A stretch of 54,675 bases of DNA from a virus. Lineage: Duplodnaviria; Caudoviricetes. The translations under genes and the position numbers were made by a program. The stretch lies in the IMG/VR virus record IMGVR_UViG_3300023199_000165, positions 1 through 54,675 of that record. One strand, written 5' to 3'. The notes under the pieces were generated by a model that ran no database searches, was not told the DNA's origin, and saw only the letters and a list, made by a program, of their open reading frames with translations. Positions 37,419-46,914 of this stretch are shown in pieces; the stretch's first letter is position 1, and each line of letters starts with the position of its first letter.

Positions 37419-38564
37419 TTAGTTATTTTGAATTCTATTTTCATAATCTAGTTTTGCTTTTTCTAAATTAGTATCGAATGTCACTTCAGTAAATTTTATG
37501 TGACTACGATATGGTTCTGCTTTCGCTACTATATATTTTACAACATCGTTTTCATAATCATTTACTTCTACCATTATAATCATATTTTTAGGATCAGAAA
37601 TGTCCATTTTGCGAACAAAATGATCTACACCCAAACGATCTTTAAGTTCTCTATTTATTAATTCCTTTACAGGCTCATCTTCTCTAAAATGACCTGGAAT
37701 CTCACGATAAGGCTTTGTTGTTTTTTCAGGGACAATGTTTAATTTTGTTTCATCTATGTTTGGAAGTTCAACAAAATCAGGAGTAGGGTCCTGCCTTATA
37801 TTAAACTTCTCAGTGCCATCAGCAGATTTATTTAAACTTTTTTTTTTTAATTCAGAGAAAAGAGTATTTACTTTATCTACAAGTTTTAGACTCTCTTTTA
37901 ACTGTTGCGAAGCAGTCTTTTCTTCTGACGGTTGTTCAGTTTTTTTACCATCAATCGCGTTTTGAATATCGTGAATTTTTTGCAAAACATCAAGACTTGT
38001 GTTTAATTCATTAATATCTCTTACCTGTAATCCATCAAAATCATTCCTGCTTAAATTCTTTCCTTTATGAACTTTGTTGAGTAAAGGACCAAAATTATTT
38101 GCTTTTTTATAAATATTTCCAATCTCGTCATAAGAAAGAAGAGCTGCCTTTTTGGCTTCAGGAAGATCATCAATAAATTTGGCTAGGAAATTTTCATCTA
38201 ATGATAGTTTTTCTTTAATTAAATTGCTAAGCTCAACAACATCTTCTTTAGTTTTTGCTCCAAAATCAGAAGCAGCAACTCTATGAATAGGTGTCCCAGA
38301 ATACATAATAGTTAAATTAGCTTCCTTTTTGTCAGATTCGACACTCCAGTTTAACTCTGTGCTTAATTCTTCATCTTTTAAATCGTAAGTTCTAACCAAA
38401 AATTCATTGCCGTCATCATCGGCTTGAACTTGCCATAAATCGTCTTCCCCCTGAACCTTAAAAACATCAAATGCCACACGCACCATTCTGTGTTCATTGC
38501 CCTCTACAGGCATTTTGTTTTTATCAGGATTTAGAGTTTTATTAAGGAAATCATAGTCCAGCAT
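37419..38564 (-). CDS. Hypothetical protein, first gene of the head module
   Basis: GGAGG SD; internal KKA, KTA and KSA motifs. Confidence 0.72.
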   Translation of the reverse strand: MLDYDFLNKTLNPDKNKMPVEGNEHRMVRVAFDVFKVQGEDDLWQVQADDDGNEFLVRTYDLKDEELSTELNWSVESDKKEANLTIMYSGTPIHRVAASDFGAKTKEDVVELSNLIKEKLSLDENFLAKFIDDLPEAKKAALLSYDEIGNIYKKANNFGPLLNKVHKGKNLSRNDFDGLQVRDINELNTSLDVLQKIHDIQNAIDGKKTEQPSEEKTASQQLKESLKLVDKVNTLFSELKKKSLNKSADGTEKFNIRQDPTPDFVELPNIDETKLNIVPEKTTKPYREIPGHFREDEPVKELINRELKDRLGVDHFVRKMDISDPKNMIIMVEVNDYENDVVKYIVAKAEPYRSHIKFTEVTFDTNLEKAKLDYENRIQNN

Positions 38565-38833
38565 ATCGCCTCCGCATAATTTATTGCTATAAGCAACCTA
38601 AATGTATAACTTTTCGTATAAATACGTTCATCTTAAATATTCGCATATTGATAGAAATTTATAGGAGTTTGGAGACAATAAGTGTATGATTATTATAGGA
38701 AAGTAATTATAGGTGGGATTTTGTGATGAGAATTTGAGGTAAATAAGACATAAAGCCCCAGAATTATTGAATTTTGTGATTTGGAAAAGGCTCGGGAGTG
38801 TAGACGGACTACCCCCTTGAGAAAATAATAATG

Positions 38834-38869
38834 AAAAAATAAAAAAATGCCTAAAGAATATTAGGCATT
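38834..38869 (-). terminator. Rho-independent terminator ending the replication/accessory block
   Basis: AATGCCTAA-N6-TTAGGCATT followed by TTTTTATTTTTT on the minus strand. Confidence 0.65.
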
Positions 38870-38930
38870 ACTTGTATCATAAGCAGATGTTCTAGTACCA
38901 TTGTTGATGCTATATTTCCACAAACTAGCA

Positions 38931-40268
38931 TTATAACCTCACTATCTTATTACTATCAACGCCTTTATAGGCATTTCTAGTATCAACTACTACTTTTGAA
39001 CTATTTAAAATCATATTATAATCAATATTTGAGTGATTTGTGGTAATAACAGAGCAGTCAAAACTTTGATTTAGCTCCGTACATAATTCAAATTCCTCTT
39101 TTACCATCGAATACATATCTCCTCTTGGAGTCCAAATTTTCTCCACATAAGGATCATAATATAATGTTTCAGCTCCCTCTTGATGAAGAAGCTCAATTAA
39201 ATCAAGAGCTGGTGATTCTCTTACATCATCAATGTCTGGTTTGTAAGCAACACCAACAACTAAAACAGTTGATCCATTGATAGGCTTTTTAATCTTATTT
39301 AAAGCAGAACTTATTAGGTTTAATACAAATATTGGCATTTGAGAATTAATCTCTTCTGCAAGAGCAATGAATTTTGAGTTAAATTTCAAAGTTTTTAATT
39401 TCCAAGCCAAATAATGAGGATCTTGGCTTATACAGTGACCACCGCACCCAGGACCAGGAGTAAACTTCATAAAACCAAAAGGTTTCGTTGAAGCAGCTTC
39501 AATTACTTCCCAAACATTTATATCAAGTTTTTGACAAGCAATTGCTATCTCATTAACAAGCCCAATATTTATCATTCTAAAAGTGTTTTCTAATATCTTG
39601 GTCATTTCAGCCACTTCCGCCGAACTAGCAGGAATTACAGTCTCGACGACATTCTTGTAGAATGCTGTCGCAACCTCTGTCGCCTCTTGTGTCGTTCCTC
39701 CCACAACCTTCGGTGTATTATATACATTATATGTAGGATTGCTTGGATCAATTCTTTCTGGAGAGAAAGCAATTAAAGGTTTTTGAGGTTCATAGTCTTC
39801 TAAAAGTTCAGTAAAGGGACCACTTGTAAATGTAGGATATACTGTTGATTCCAATATAACAAGTTGTTCATTTTTAATAGATAATAAAGTTCCATAGATA
39901 GTCTCGGCAGCATTTAAAGCAGATGAGACATCAGGGTCTTTTGTTTTATTAAGTGGCGTAGGAACACAAACTAAAATAATATCAACTTCTAAATCATGTA
40001 GATTATACTTTTTAACTGCATTAAGCATATTGCTTTTAACCAGTTTCGAAAGATATGATGAGGGCACATCCCCTATATAGGAAGTGCCCTCGTTAATCTT
40101 ATCCACTTTATTTTCATCTAAATCAAATATAGTTGTCCTATATCCTGATTTAGCACATTGAACAGATAAGGGGAGCCCTACATACCCTCCCCCAATTATT
40201 AAAACCTTAGCAGTCTTATTTTTTATACTTTCTTTCAACACTTTAATTACCCCACTTCTCAATAACAC
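38931..40268 (-). CDS. Nucleotide-sugar (UDP-GlcNAc/GalNAc-type) 6-dehydrogenase
   Basis: GGGYVG, CVPTP, LESTVYP, FSPERIDP, GGHCI catalytic Cys, YKPDIDDVRESP. The true start may be a few codons downstream. Confidence 0.92.
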   Translation of the reverse strand: MLLRSGVIKVLKESIKNKTAKVLIIGGGYVGLPLSVQCAKSGYRTTIFDLDENKVDKINEGTSYIGDVPSSYLSKLVKSNMLNAVKKYNLHDLEVDIILVCVPTPLNKTKDPDVSSALNAAETIYGTLLSIKNEQLVILESTVYPTFTSGPFTELLEDYEPQKPLIAFSPERIDPSNPTYNVYNTPKVVGGTTQEATEVATAFYKNVVETVIPASSAEVAEMTKILENTFRMINIGLVNEIAIACQKLDINVWEVIEAASTKPFGFMKFTPGPGCGGHCISQDPHYLAWKLKTLKFNSKFIALAEEINSQMPIFVLNLISSALNKIKKPINGSTVLVVGVAYKPDIDDVRESPALDLIELLHQEGAETLYYDPYVEKIWTPRGDMYSMVKEEFELCTELNQSFDCSVITTNHSNIDYNMILNSSKVVVDTRNAYKGVDSNKIVRL

Positions 40269-41178
40269 AATATCCTTCTGCTTTTAAATATTGTGATCTT
40301 ATTATTGTATTTAAATATAATTCTCCAAAAGTCTTTTTAACTTTATCATTATAATCATTTAAATCATATATCGTAGGATTTCCGTGATAATAGTTCCCGT
40401 GATAAGAAAATACTATATTATGTTTTATAGAAAACCCATCAACAGTGTAAACTCTTTTCTTTGTTTTTATGGGGTATTCTCTTTCAATTTTCCCATAAAC
40501 TTTTTCCATTTTATCAAGCCACTTTTGAGAAGTATTTGATACTTTTTTAGAACATTTGGGACAGTTTTGTCCTATTACTCTTTTATATGGAGAAGTTTTC
40601 CATTTATGTCCTTTACTACATTTCCACCACACTTTTTTATGACTTTTAGGAACAATATCATTAGGAAAAATAGCATTTCTATTATAATCCCACTCTATCA
40701 AAATATTTGGGAATAAAGTAGATAGACAATTATTATTATTTGCTTTTTGATTAACACAATATGGACACCCAGACTTAAGATTTGTTCTACTAACAATATT
40801 AGTTTTCCAACTAGAATTACATTTATTGCACTTCCACCAAGCAATTCTATTACTCTTTGATGTAACATTATGTGGGCTCATATTTTCATTTTTATTATAA
40901 TCCCATTCTTTTGCTATCTCTGGAAATTTGGCAGACAAACAAGTAAGTTTTGTTGCTTTTTGTCCAACACAATATGGACATCCAGATTTAAGCGTAGTTC
41001 TAACTTTTATACAAGTTTTCCATATATTTAAACATTTCTTACATTTCCACCACGCTTTTTTATTGCTACCATAAGTTAATTTATTGGGATCCAATCCCAA
41101 CTTATTATTTTCTTTCCAGTCCCACTCTTTCATTAAATTTTCATAACTTATCAAATATTTATTTTTAGCAACCATCAT
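40243..41178 (-). CDS. Zinc-ribbon repeat protein with Vsr-like endonuclease domain
   Basis: Three WWKC..CPxC repeats; VDGFSIKHNIVFSYHGNYYHGNP. Confidence 0.8.
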   Translation of the reverse strand: MMVAKNKYLISYENLMKEWDWKENNKLGLDPNKLTYGSNKKAWWKCKKCLNIWKTCIKVRTTLKSGCPYCVGQKATKLTCLSAKFPEIAKEWDYNKNENMSPHNVTSKSNRIAWWKCNKCNSSWKTNIVSRTNLKSGCPYCVNQKANNNNCLSTLFPNILIEWDYNRNAIFPNDIVPKSHKKVWWKCSKGHKWKTSPYKRVIGQNCPKCSKKVSNTSQKWLDKMEKVYGKIEREYPIKTKKRVYTVDGFSIKHNIVFSYHGNYYHGNPTIYDLNDYNDKVKKTFGELYLNTIIRSQYLKAEGYCVIEKWGN

Positions 41179-41243
41179 TTATATTTTCTTCTAGCTTTCC
41201 CAAAATGCTCTTTCTCCTTTATTGCTCCGCTTTTATAATAATT

Positions 41244-41558
41244 TTAACTTTCATTTTTTAATCTCACTGTTGTCTTATTTACACAAGTAGTTTTATTCAA
41301 GCTGGGTCGGCTTTGCTTACCATCCATAGTTTCAATTAATAAATTGGAGGCATCTTCCAATGTAAAATAAGAACAATTATATTTGTCATTCTTTCTCTCA
41401 ACAATAAAAGCAACAGGAAACTTATCAATATTTGGAATATCCACTAAATGATTATACTCAAAGCATAAAATTAAATATCCAATCTCGCTCTTTATAACTC
41501 TCATTTCCCTGAAATTATCAGGGTCTTCACAATCACTTGAATTTATTGTCTTTACCAT
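41244..41558 (-). CDS. Hypothetical protein
   Basis: 104-aa ORF between two endonuclease paralogs. Confidence 0.55.
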   Translation of the reverse strand: MVKTINSSDCEDPDNFREMRVIKSEIGYLILCFEYNHLVDIPNIDKFPVAFIVERKNDKYNCSYFTLEDASNLLIETMDGKQSRPSLNKTTCVNKTTVRLKNES

Positions 41559-41563
41559 TACTA

Positions 41564-42682
41564 CTAATCACTCCATTTCTCAATAAGACAATAGCCCTCT
41601 GCTTTTAAATATTGAGACCTTATTATTGTATTTAAATATAATTCTCTAAAAGTCTTTTTAGCTACACTATTATACTCATTAAGATTATATATTTCAGGAT
41701 TCCCATGCCAATAACTTCCGTGGTAAGAAAATATTATATTATGTTTTATAGAAAAGCCATCAACATTATAAGTTCTTTTAATTGTTTTAATAGGGTATTC
41801 TCTTTCAATTTTCCCATAAATCTTTTCCATTTTGTCTAACCATTTTTGAGATGTTTTGGATATTCTGTTAATACAATTAGGGCAACCATTTCCCTTTTTT
41901 GTGCGACAGCAAATATAAGTTTCCCAATTATGGCTACATTTACTACATTTCCACCATACTTTTAATGAACTTCCAAAAACAATATCATCTGGACTTAAAC
42001 TACTATTTTTACTATAATTCCACTCTTTCGCTATATCTGGACATACCGAAGATAAACTATTTTCATCACAAACTTTTCTATTACTACAATAAGGACAGCC
42101 ATTGCCTTTTAAATGGTCGTTTGCGATTTGAGAAAATTTTCCATGGATATTACAAATTATAATTATCGGCTTATAACTTCCTTTATATTCGCATAATTTA
42201 TAATCATACTTATAACCGTGAGTTTTTCTCACTTTCTGAATAAACTCTTCACTTGATAGTAATTTCTGCCTACTCAGCTCCTCTAAGGCACATCTTTTAC
42301 AACCATAGCCACTTAAATGACTAATAGGGCGTTGTAAAAACTCTCCGTGAATAGAACATATAATTTTTATCTTAATATGATTTTTTTTATATCTTACTAA
42401 GGAATAGTTGTATTTATTACTATGTACTTTCTTTGCTTCTTTTATAAATTGCTCAGTTGTCTTAGTTTTATTTTTTTTCATTCTTATAAGACCACATTCT
42501 TTACAACCCATTTTACCAGATATATGATGATTTGGTCTAATTAGAAATTCTCCGTGAATAGAACATATAATTATACCTTTTGTTTGATTATTAATATAAT
42601 TAAATTTAGAATAATCATACTTGTTCTTATGTATAATGTTAGCTTTTTTTATAAATTGTTCTAAAGTTTTTCTTTTTACCAT
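41564..42682 (-). CDS. DUF723-like repeats + zinc ribbon + Vsr-like endonuclease
   Basis: Three FI.KA...H..KY.YS..Y....IIC.IHG.F repeats; the C-terminus is a near-copy of 40243-41178. Confidence 0.8.
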   Translation of the reverse strand: MVKRKTLEQFIKKANIIHKNKYDYSKFNYINNQTKGIIICSIHGEFLIRPNHHISGKMGCKECGLIRMKKNKTKTTEQFIKEAKKVHSNKYNYSLVRYKKNHIKIKIICSIHGEFLQRPISHLSGYGCKRCALEELSRQKLLSSEEFIQKVRKTHGYKYDYKLCEYKGSYKPIIIICNIHGKFSQIANDHLKGNGCPYCSNRKVCDENSLSSVCPDIAKEWNYSKNSSLSPDDIVFGSSLKVWWKCSKCSHNWETYICCRTKKGNGCPNCINRISKTSQKWLDKMEKIYGKIEREYPIKTIKRTYNVDGFSIKHNIIFSYHGSYWHGNPEIYNLNEYNSVAKKTFRELYLNTIIRSQYLKAEGYCLIEKWSD

Positions 42683-42692
42683 TACTTATCCA

Positions 42693-43136
42693 TTAAGAAT
42701 TTTCTGGGTCTTTTGCTCTCAATTCTTCCATTTCTTTTAAAATTAATAAAACCTTCTCATCTTTTTTACATATCTTTTTGAGTTTCTTTATGGCTCCACC
42801 ATATCTTTTTTTTCCATTCGAATAGTCTATATTACCTTGTAATAATTTATGTACCGTAGTCTGATGAACTCCAAGCTTGTCAGCAATTTGACTTTGTGTT
42901 AAACCCTCAAGTCGTAAAGTAACCACCTCTGTTTGTCTCTTAGTTAATGAAGAATTAATAATTCTAATGACTTCTCCCATTAATTTCTGTCGCAACTCTA
43001 AAAATTTATCAGAGTACTTTGCCATATTAAGTTGACCACGAAGTCCTTGATTTGACTGAAAATCTCCTAAAATATTCGGATCAACAGATATTTCTACTAT
43101 TTTATACTGATAAGAATCAGATTTATTTTTTTTCAT
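42693..43136 (-). CDS. Sigma70 region-4-like HTH protein
   Basis: LTKRQTEVVTLRLEGLTQSQIADKLGVHQTTVHK. Likely start is ATG 43136 (GAGGG upstream) rather than 43211. Confidence 0.7.
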   Translation of the reverse strand: MKKNKSDSYQYKIVEISVDPNILGDFQSNQGLRGQLNMAKYSDKFLELRQKLMGEVIRIINSSLTKRQTEVVTLRLEGLTQSQIADKLGVHQTTVHKLLQGNIDYSNGKKRYGGAIKKLKKICKKDEKVLLILKEMEELRAKDPENS

Positions 43137-43155
43137 TGAATACCCTCTTTGTATA

Positions 43156-43926
43156 TTATTTCCAGATAGGATTAATATTTTGGTATTCGCTGGCTTCATT
43201 AAGCACTTCAATTACTTTTGATGGTGTGTGTTTTACAAGAAATTCATCCATATCATTTATATCTTTTGGAAATGGATTTTTAGCCAATAAAGAAGTATGT
43301 TCCGTTTTATTTTTTTCTACTATTTGGCTCGCAGCAACTTGAGTTTCTGGCTCATTATCAAAAATGAGCACTATCTTGTTAGCATATCTTGATAATAAAG
43401 CCATTTGTCTTTTAGAAAAGAATTTTCCACAAGTCGCCACTACATTTTTTAGTCCATTTTGATGAGCAGAAATCACATCAAAATATCCCTCTACAACATA
43501 TGCCTTTCCAGAATTTAAGATTTCTTTTTTAGCAAAGGATAGCCCAAATAAATGCTGCCCCTTTTTATATGGCAAATTCATATATTTTGGTAAGCCCTTT
43601 TCTTTTAAAAAAGAATTATCTTTTAATGCTCGACCAGCCATAGATATATATCTACCATATACATCCCTAATTGGCATAACCAAATTCCATAGCTTAAATT
43701 TACTATAAGAAGCGTTTTTAATTATACCTGACTTTCTAAGCTCTCTTGGGTCTATTTCCACAAATATTTTTTTCAGATCTTGAGGAAATAGACCCAATTG
43801 AAATTTATCAATATAATCAGCATTAATTTTTCTTTTAAAAAGGTATTGTATAGTATCTTTATCTTTTAAAAGTCTTTTGTGACACACTTCCGTCACACTT
43901 TTATAAATATTGTTTTTATTACTCAT
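43156..43926 (-). CDS. dnaG: DnaG-like primase catalytic core (TOPRIM) without Zn-binding domain
   Basis: LVMPIRD..GR..PKYMN..LFG..VVEGYFDV..VVATCG..LIFDNE..DMDEF. Confidence 0.85.
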   Translation of the reverse strand: MSNKNNIYKSVTEVCHKRLLKDKDTIQYLFKRKINADYIDKFQLGLFPQDLKKIFVEIDPRELRKSGIIKNASYSKFKLWNLVMPIRDVYGRYISMAGRALKDNSFLKEKGLPKYMNLPYKKGQHLFGLSFAKKEILNSGKAYVVEGYFDVISAHQNGLKNVVATCGKFFSKRQMALLSRYANKIVLIFDNEPETQVAASQIVEKNKTEHTSLLAKNPFPKDINDMDEFLVKHTPSKVIEVLNEASEYQNINPIWK

Positions 43927-44245
43927 CCTTGTTCTTTAGGTATTGTTTTAAACCAACCATAAAGGCTGAAGTAATATGAACTTGAGTATCACATTTCTCA
44001 CAAAACGCTTTGTCATCTTTAACATATAAAGATCTACTTTCATTACATTTTTGACAAAGTGACATAAACGGCTGTTTCTTTTTATTTCTTAAAAATTGCC
44101 CCATTCCCATTAACGCCTTCTTGGTAAATTGCGTTATGTTTCTTATAGGATTTCCGCAAGATTCACAAATTACTTCATTTGTATCTTTATCTAATTTAGC
44201 ATTAGTACTTTGTAAACAACCTTTCGTTGTACAATTTATTAACAT
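43919..44245 (-). CDS. Small double Zn-finger protein
   Basis: CTTKGC, CESC, CQKC, CEKC. Confidence 0.75.
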   Translation of the reverse strand: MLINCTTKGCLQSTNAKLDKDTNEVICESCGNPIRNITQFTKKALMGMGQFLRNKKKQPFMSLCQKCNESRSLYVKDDKAFCEKCDTQVHITSAFMVGLKQYLKNKDE

Positions 44246-45369
44246 TATTCCTCCTCATCTGGGACTTGCTCTAATTCTTGCTTGCTATTATCCTGTTTAT
44301 AGTCATTTAATTTAAAATCCTTTATTTTTTGAATAATTTCGTTTCTTAAATTATCATCTAGTAAGGCTTTAGCAGCATTATCTTTTCCTACCCATTTTTG
44401 GTCCCCATAAACATATGAAGTGTTAGTTGGTCTTTCTAAGATAGAATATTTTTTTGCCAACTCAAAAACTTCTAGATTTTCATCTACAGGACCTTTTAAA
44501 AATTCTATTCTAATATCACAAGATTTAAAAGGAGGTCCAACTTTGTTTTTATCTATTCTAGTTCTCATAGTATAACCAATTAAATCTCCTCTAGAATCAT
44601 ATATTTTAGAATCTTTATTCTCTAATCTAGCAAAGTGAACCATAACCGAACAGCCGTGTTTCCAAGCCGAACCGCCAGTAGATTTTTCAGGATTTCCCCA
44701 TAACTGCCCAGGATCTACTCTAACCTGATTAATGGCAATAAAAATAACTCCAGTTTCTGCTAACAAAGGAATAAGCTTCCTAAGCTCTGGAGGTAAAAAC
44801 CTACCCATTAATGCCATATTTGGCTTTCCTGGCTTACTTTGTTTTTCCATAGGAGGCTGAACACAAGCAATACTATCTAATACTATTAGACCACATCCTG
44901 ACTTTTCCGCTCCCCCTGTCGCTTTAATTAAATCAAGCAAACCAAGTTTAGCCTTTTCCTTACCATATTCTTTGTGCGGAACACCACAAAGCCTTTCAAA
45001 TATCATTACACCATCATTTTCTTTAAATAATTGAAGCCTCGATAAATCAACCCCTAAAACCTTTGCCCATTCAGGATCAAAAGTTTGTTCAGCATCAATA
45101 AAGAAAGCCCAATTTTTGGGATCTTTTTTTTGCCACTCACGAATTGCTATCAAGCTCATAAGAGTTTTTCCACTGCTCTCTTTTCCAGCGAATTGAACTA
45201 TTCTTCCCTGTGGTAATCCCCATACCCCAAGAGCCTCGTTGAGCGCCTGTGATCCAGTAGGGCTTACCTTTACTGTTTCTATTAGATCAGAATCTGCTTT
45301 GTAAAGAGATTCTTCTCCAAAATTCTTATTCATCTGTTTCCAGATCTTTTCCATTGTCGTCTGTGCCAT
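44245..45369 (-). CDS. recA: RecA recombinase
   Basis: GLPQGRIV..GKESSGKT, FIDAEQ, IVLDS, INQVR, GGSAWK, KNKVGPPF. Confidence 0.95.
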   Translation of the reverse strand: MAQTTMEKIWKQMNKNFGEESLYKADSDLIETVKVSPTGSQALNEALGVWGLPQGRIVQFAGKESSGKTLMSLIAIREWQKKDPKNWAFFIDAEQTFDPEWAKVLGVDLSRLQLFKENDGVMIFERLCGVPHKEYGKEKAKLGLLDLIKATGGAEKSGCGLIVLDSIACVQPPMEKQSKPGKPNMALMGRFLPPELRKLIPLLAETGVIFIAINQVRVDPGQLWGNPEKSTGGSAWKHGCSVMVHFARLENKDSKIYDSRGDLIGYTMRTRIDKNKVGPPFKSCDIRIEFLKGPVDENLEVFELAKKYSILERPTNTSYVYGDQKWVGKDNAAKALLDDNLRNEIIQKIKDFKLNDYKQDNSKQELEQVPDEEE

Positions 45370-46309
45370 TTTTCACCTCGTTAATTTTTTTAATTTGCTC
45401 TTCGTTTAATTTCGGTATCTTGATATTTATACCTACTATGTGGTTTCCCTGACTCAATCCACAACCGCGTAGTCTTAGTAAAGATCCTGGTTGGGTTCCC
45501 GCAGGTACTTTAATTTTTTTAATCCCAGCTAACGTATTAATGCTTTTAGAGCAGCCAGTAATCGCATCCAAAGCATCTATTATAATATTACTTCCTATTT
45601 CTCCTTTTGAGTTATTTACTACTTGAAATTCACTATGTGGCTTATATCGTATAATTACACGTAAATTATCATCAATTTTAATTGAACTCCCTTCTTTTGT
45701 TCCAGAAAGGACATTAATGTTTATATCTCTTTTAGAAATAACTTCTCTATTTCCAAAACAAGTTTTACAGACAGACTTTGGCTTTTTGCCAAAGCCCTTA
45801 CAGACTCCGCAAGGAGTCGTCATAACTATCACACCTTGTTTTACTGTTCTCTGCCCAGAGCCATTACAAGGGTCACAATTATCATCTGACAAAAGAACTC
45901 CTGAACCATTACAACTATGACATTTTCTGGCTTCCTTAAGCTCAAATTCTTTATTAACTCCACTATAAATTTCTTCTAAAGAAAGAAACAAATTTACACT
46001 TCTAATTCTTCTCGTATTCTGGCGATTAAAGCCTCCAAACGGAGTTCCACTAAATTGACTAAAAATATCATTAATGTCAAATGGAGAAAATCCCTGAAAA
46101 TCTGTATTTTGGTGTTGAAAAGGATTATAATTACCATCCTTTAATAAATTATACGCTTCATTTATTTCTTTTGTTTTACTTTCTGCTTCAGCTTTATCTT
46201 TTTCTTTATGTAGGTCTGGATGCCATTCACGCACTAATGTCCTATAAGCTTTTTTAATTTCATCTTTTGAAGCATCTTTAGAAACACCTAAAACTTTATA
46301 TGGATCCAT
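45326..46309 (-). CDS. dnaJ: DnaJ chaperone
   Basis: J domain with HPD, G/F-rich linker, four CxxCxG repeats, PAGTQPG C-terminal domain. Confidence 0.95.
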   Translation of the reverse strand: MDPYKVLGVSKDASKDEIKKAYRTLVREWHPDLHKEKDKAEAESKTKEINEAYNLLKDGNYNPFQHQNTDFQGFSPFDINDIFSQFSGTPFGGFNRQNTRRIRSVNLFLSLEEIYSGVNKEFELKEARKCHSCNGSGVLLSDDNCDPCNGSGQRTVKQGVIVMTTPCGVCKGFGKKPKSVCKTCFGNREVISKRDININVLSGTKEGSSIKIDDNLRVIIRYKPHSEFQVVNNSKGEIGSNIIIDALDAITGCSKSINTLAGIKKIKVPAGTQPGSLLRLRGCGLSQGNHIVGINIKIPKLNEEQIKKINEVKNGTDDNGKDLETDE

Positions 46310-46913
46310 TTTCTATCTCCGTTAAACATCCTGCCCAGGCAACGGCAATCCCGTCTGCCTCATCTCCAGTTTCAACAGCAACATTCCCTTTTGTGTTTAA
46401 GGGACCTTTAAATCTCTTATCTAAATGTTCAACTATGATAGAAGGAACCTCATCTTTTTCAATTTTTTTACCTAGTGATAGAAGTTCCTTAATCTTTGTT
46501 CTAACAGTTGATTCATTTATAAATTTAATCTCCTTGTTAGAAACTAAACTCGCGGCAACTGAAGTAACTCTATTAAAGCCAGCTAACACAGTAATTGTTT
46601 GTGCGGAAGACATACCTCTTTTAAAACTTTTCTTTATTTCTTCTACATAAATAACTGAAGGATCTAGGTCAGAGACAAGTCCCTGTATTCTATTGAATGT
46701 ATTTGAAAGTCTAGTAATTATATCTCCCTTTTTTGCTTCTAGTGGTTTTATATGACCATAAGAAACAAGTTTGGGCATTTTTTCTAATGTTAGAAGACCC
46801 CAACCAATAGTTGAAGAACTACAGTCTATTCCCAATATAGTAGGTTTTTTAGTTTTTCTTCTAATTCTAATTATTCTTTCTTTTGGTCGTCGTGAGCGAG
46901 ATTTTTTAGCCAT
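46296..46913 (-). CDS. ruvC: RuvC-like Holliday junction resolvase
   Basis: ILGIDCSS..GWG, IYVEE, DEADGIAVA. Confidence 0.85.
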   Translation of the reverse strand: MAKKSRSRRPKERIIRIRRKTKKPTILGIDCSSSTIGWGLLTLEKMPKLVSYGHIKPLEAKKGDIITRLSNTFNRIQGLVSDLDPSVIYVEEIKKSFKRGMSSAQTITVLAGFNRVTSVAASLVSNKEIKFINESTVRTKIKELLSLGKKIEKDEVPSIIVEHLDKRFKGPLNTKGNVAVETGDEADGIAVAWAGCLTEIENGSI

Positions 46914-46914
46914 A

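Noticed and set aside
41176-41254. MORN-variant remnant (NYYKSGAIKEKEHF) after the 104-aa ORF
   Set aside because: Too short, no in-frame start; may be chance.
40250-41860. DGR template/variable repeat pair
   Set aside because: Both copies are coding, differences are largely synonymous and not adenine-specific, and no reverse transcriptase is in the window.
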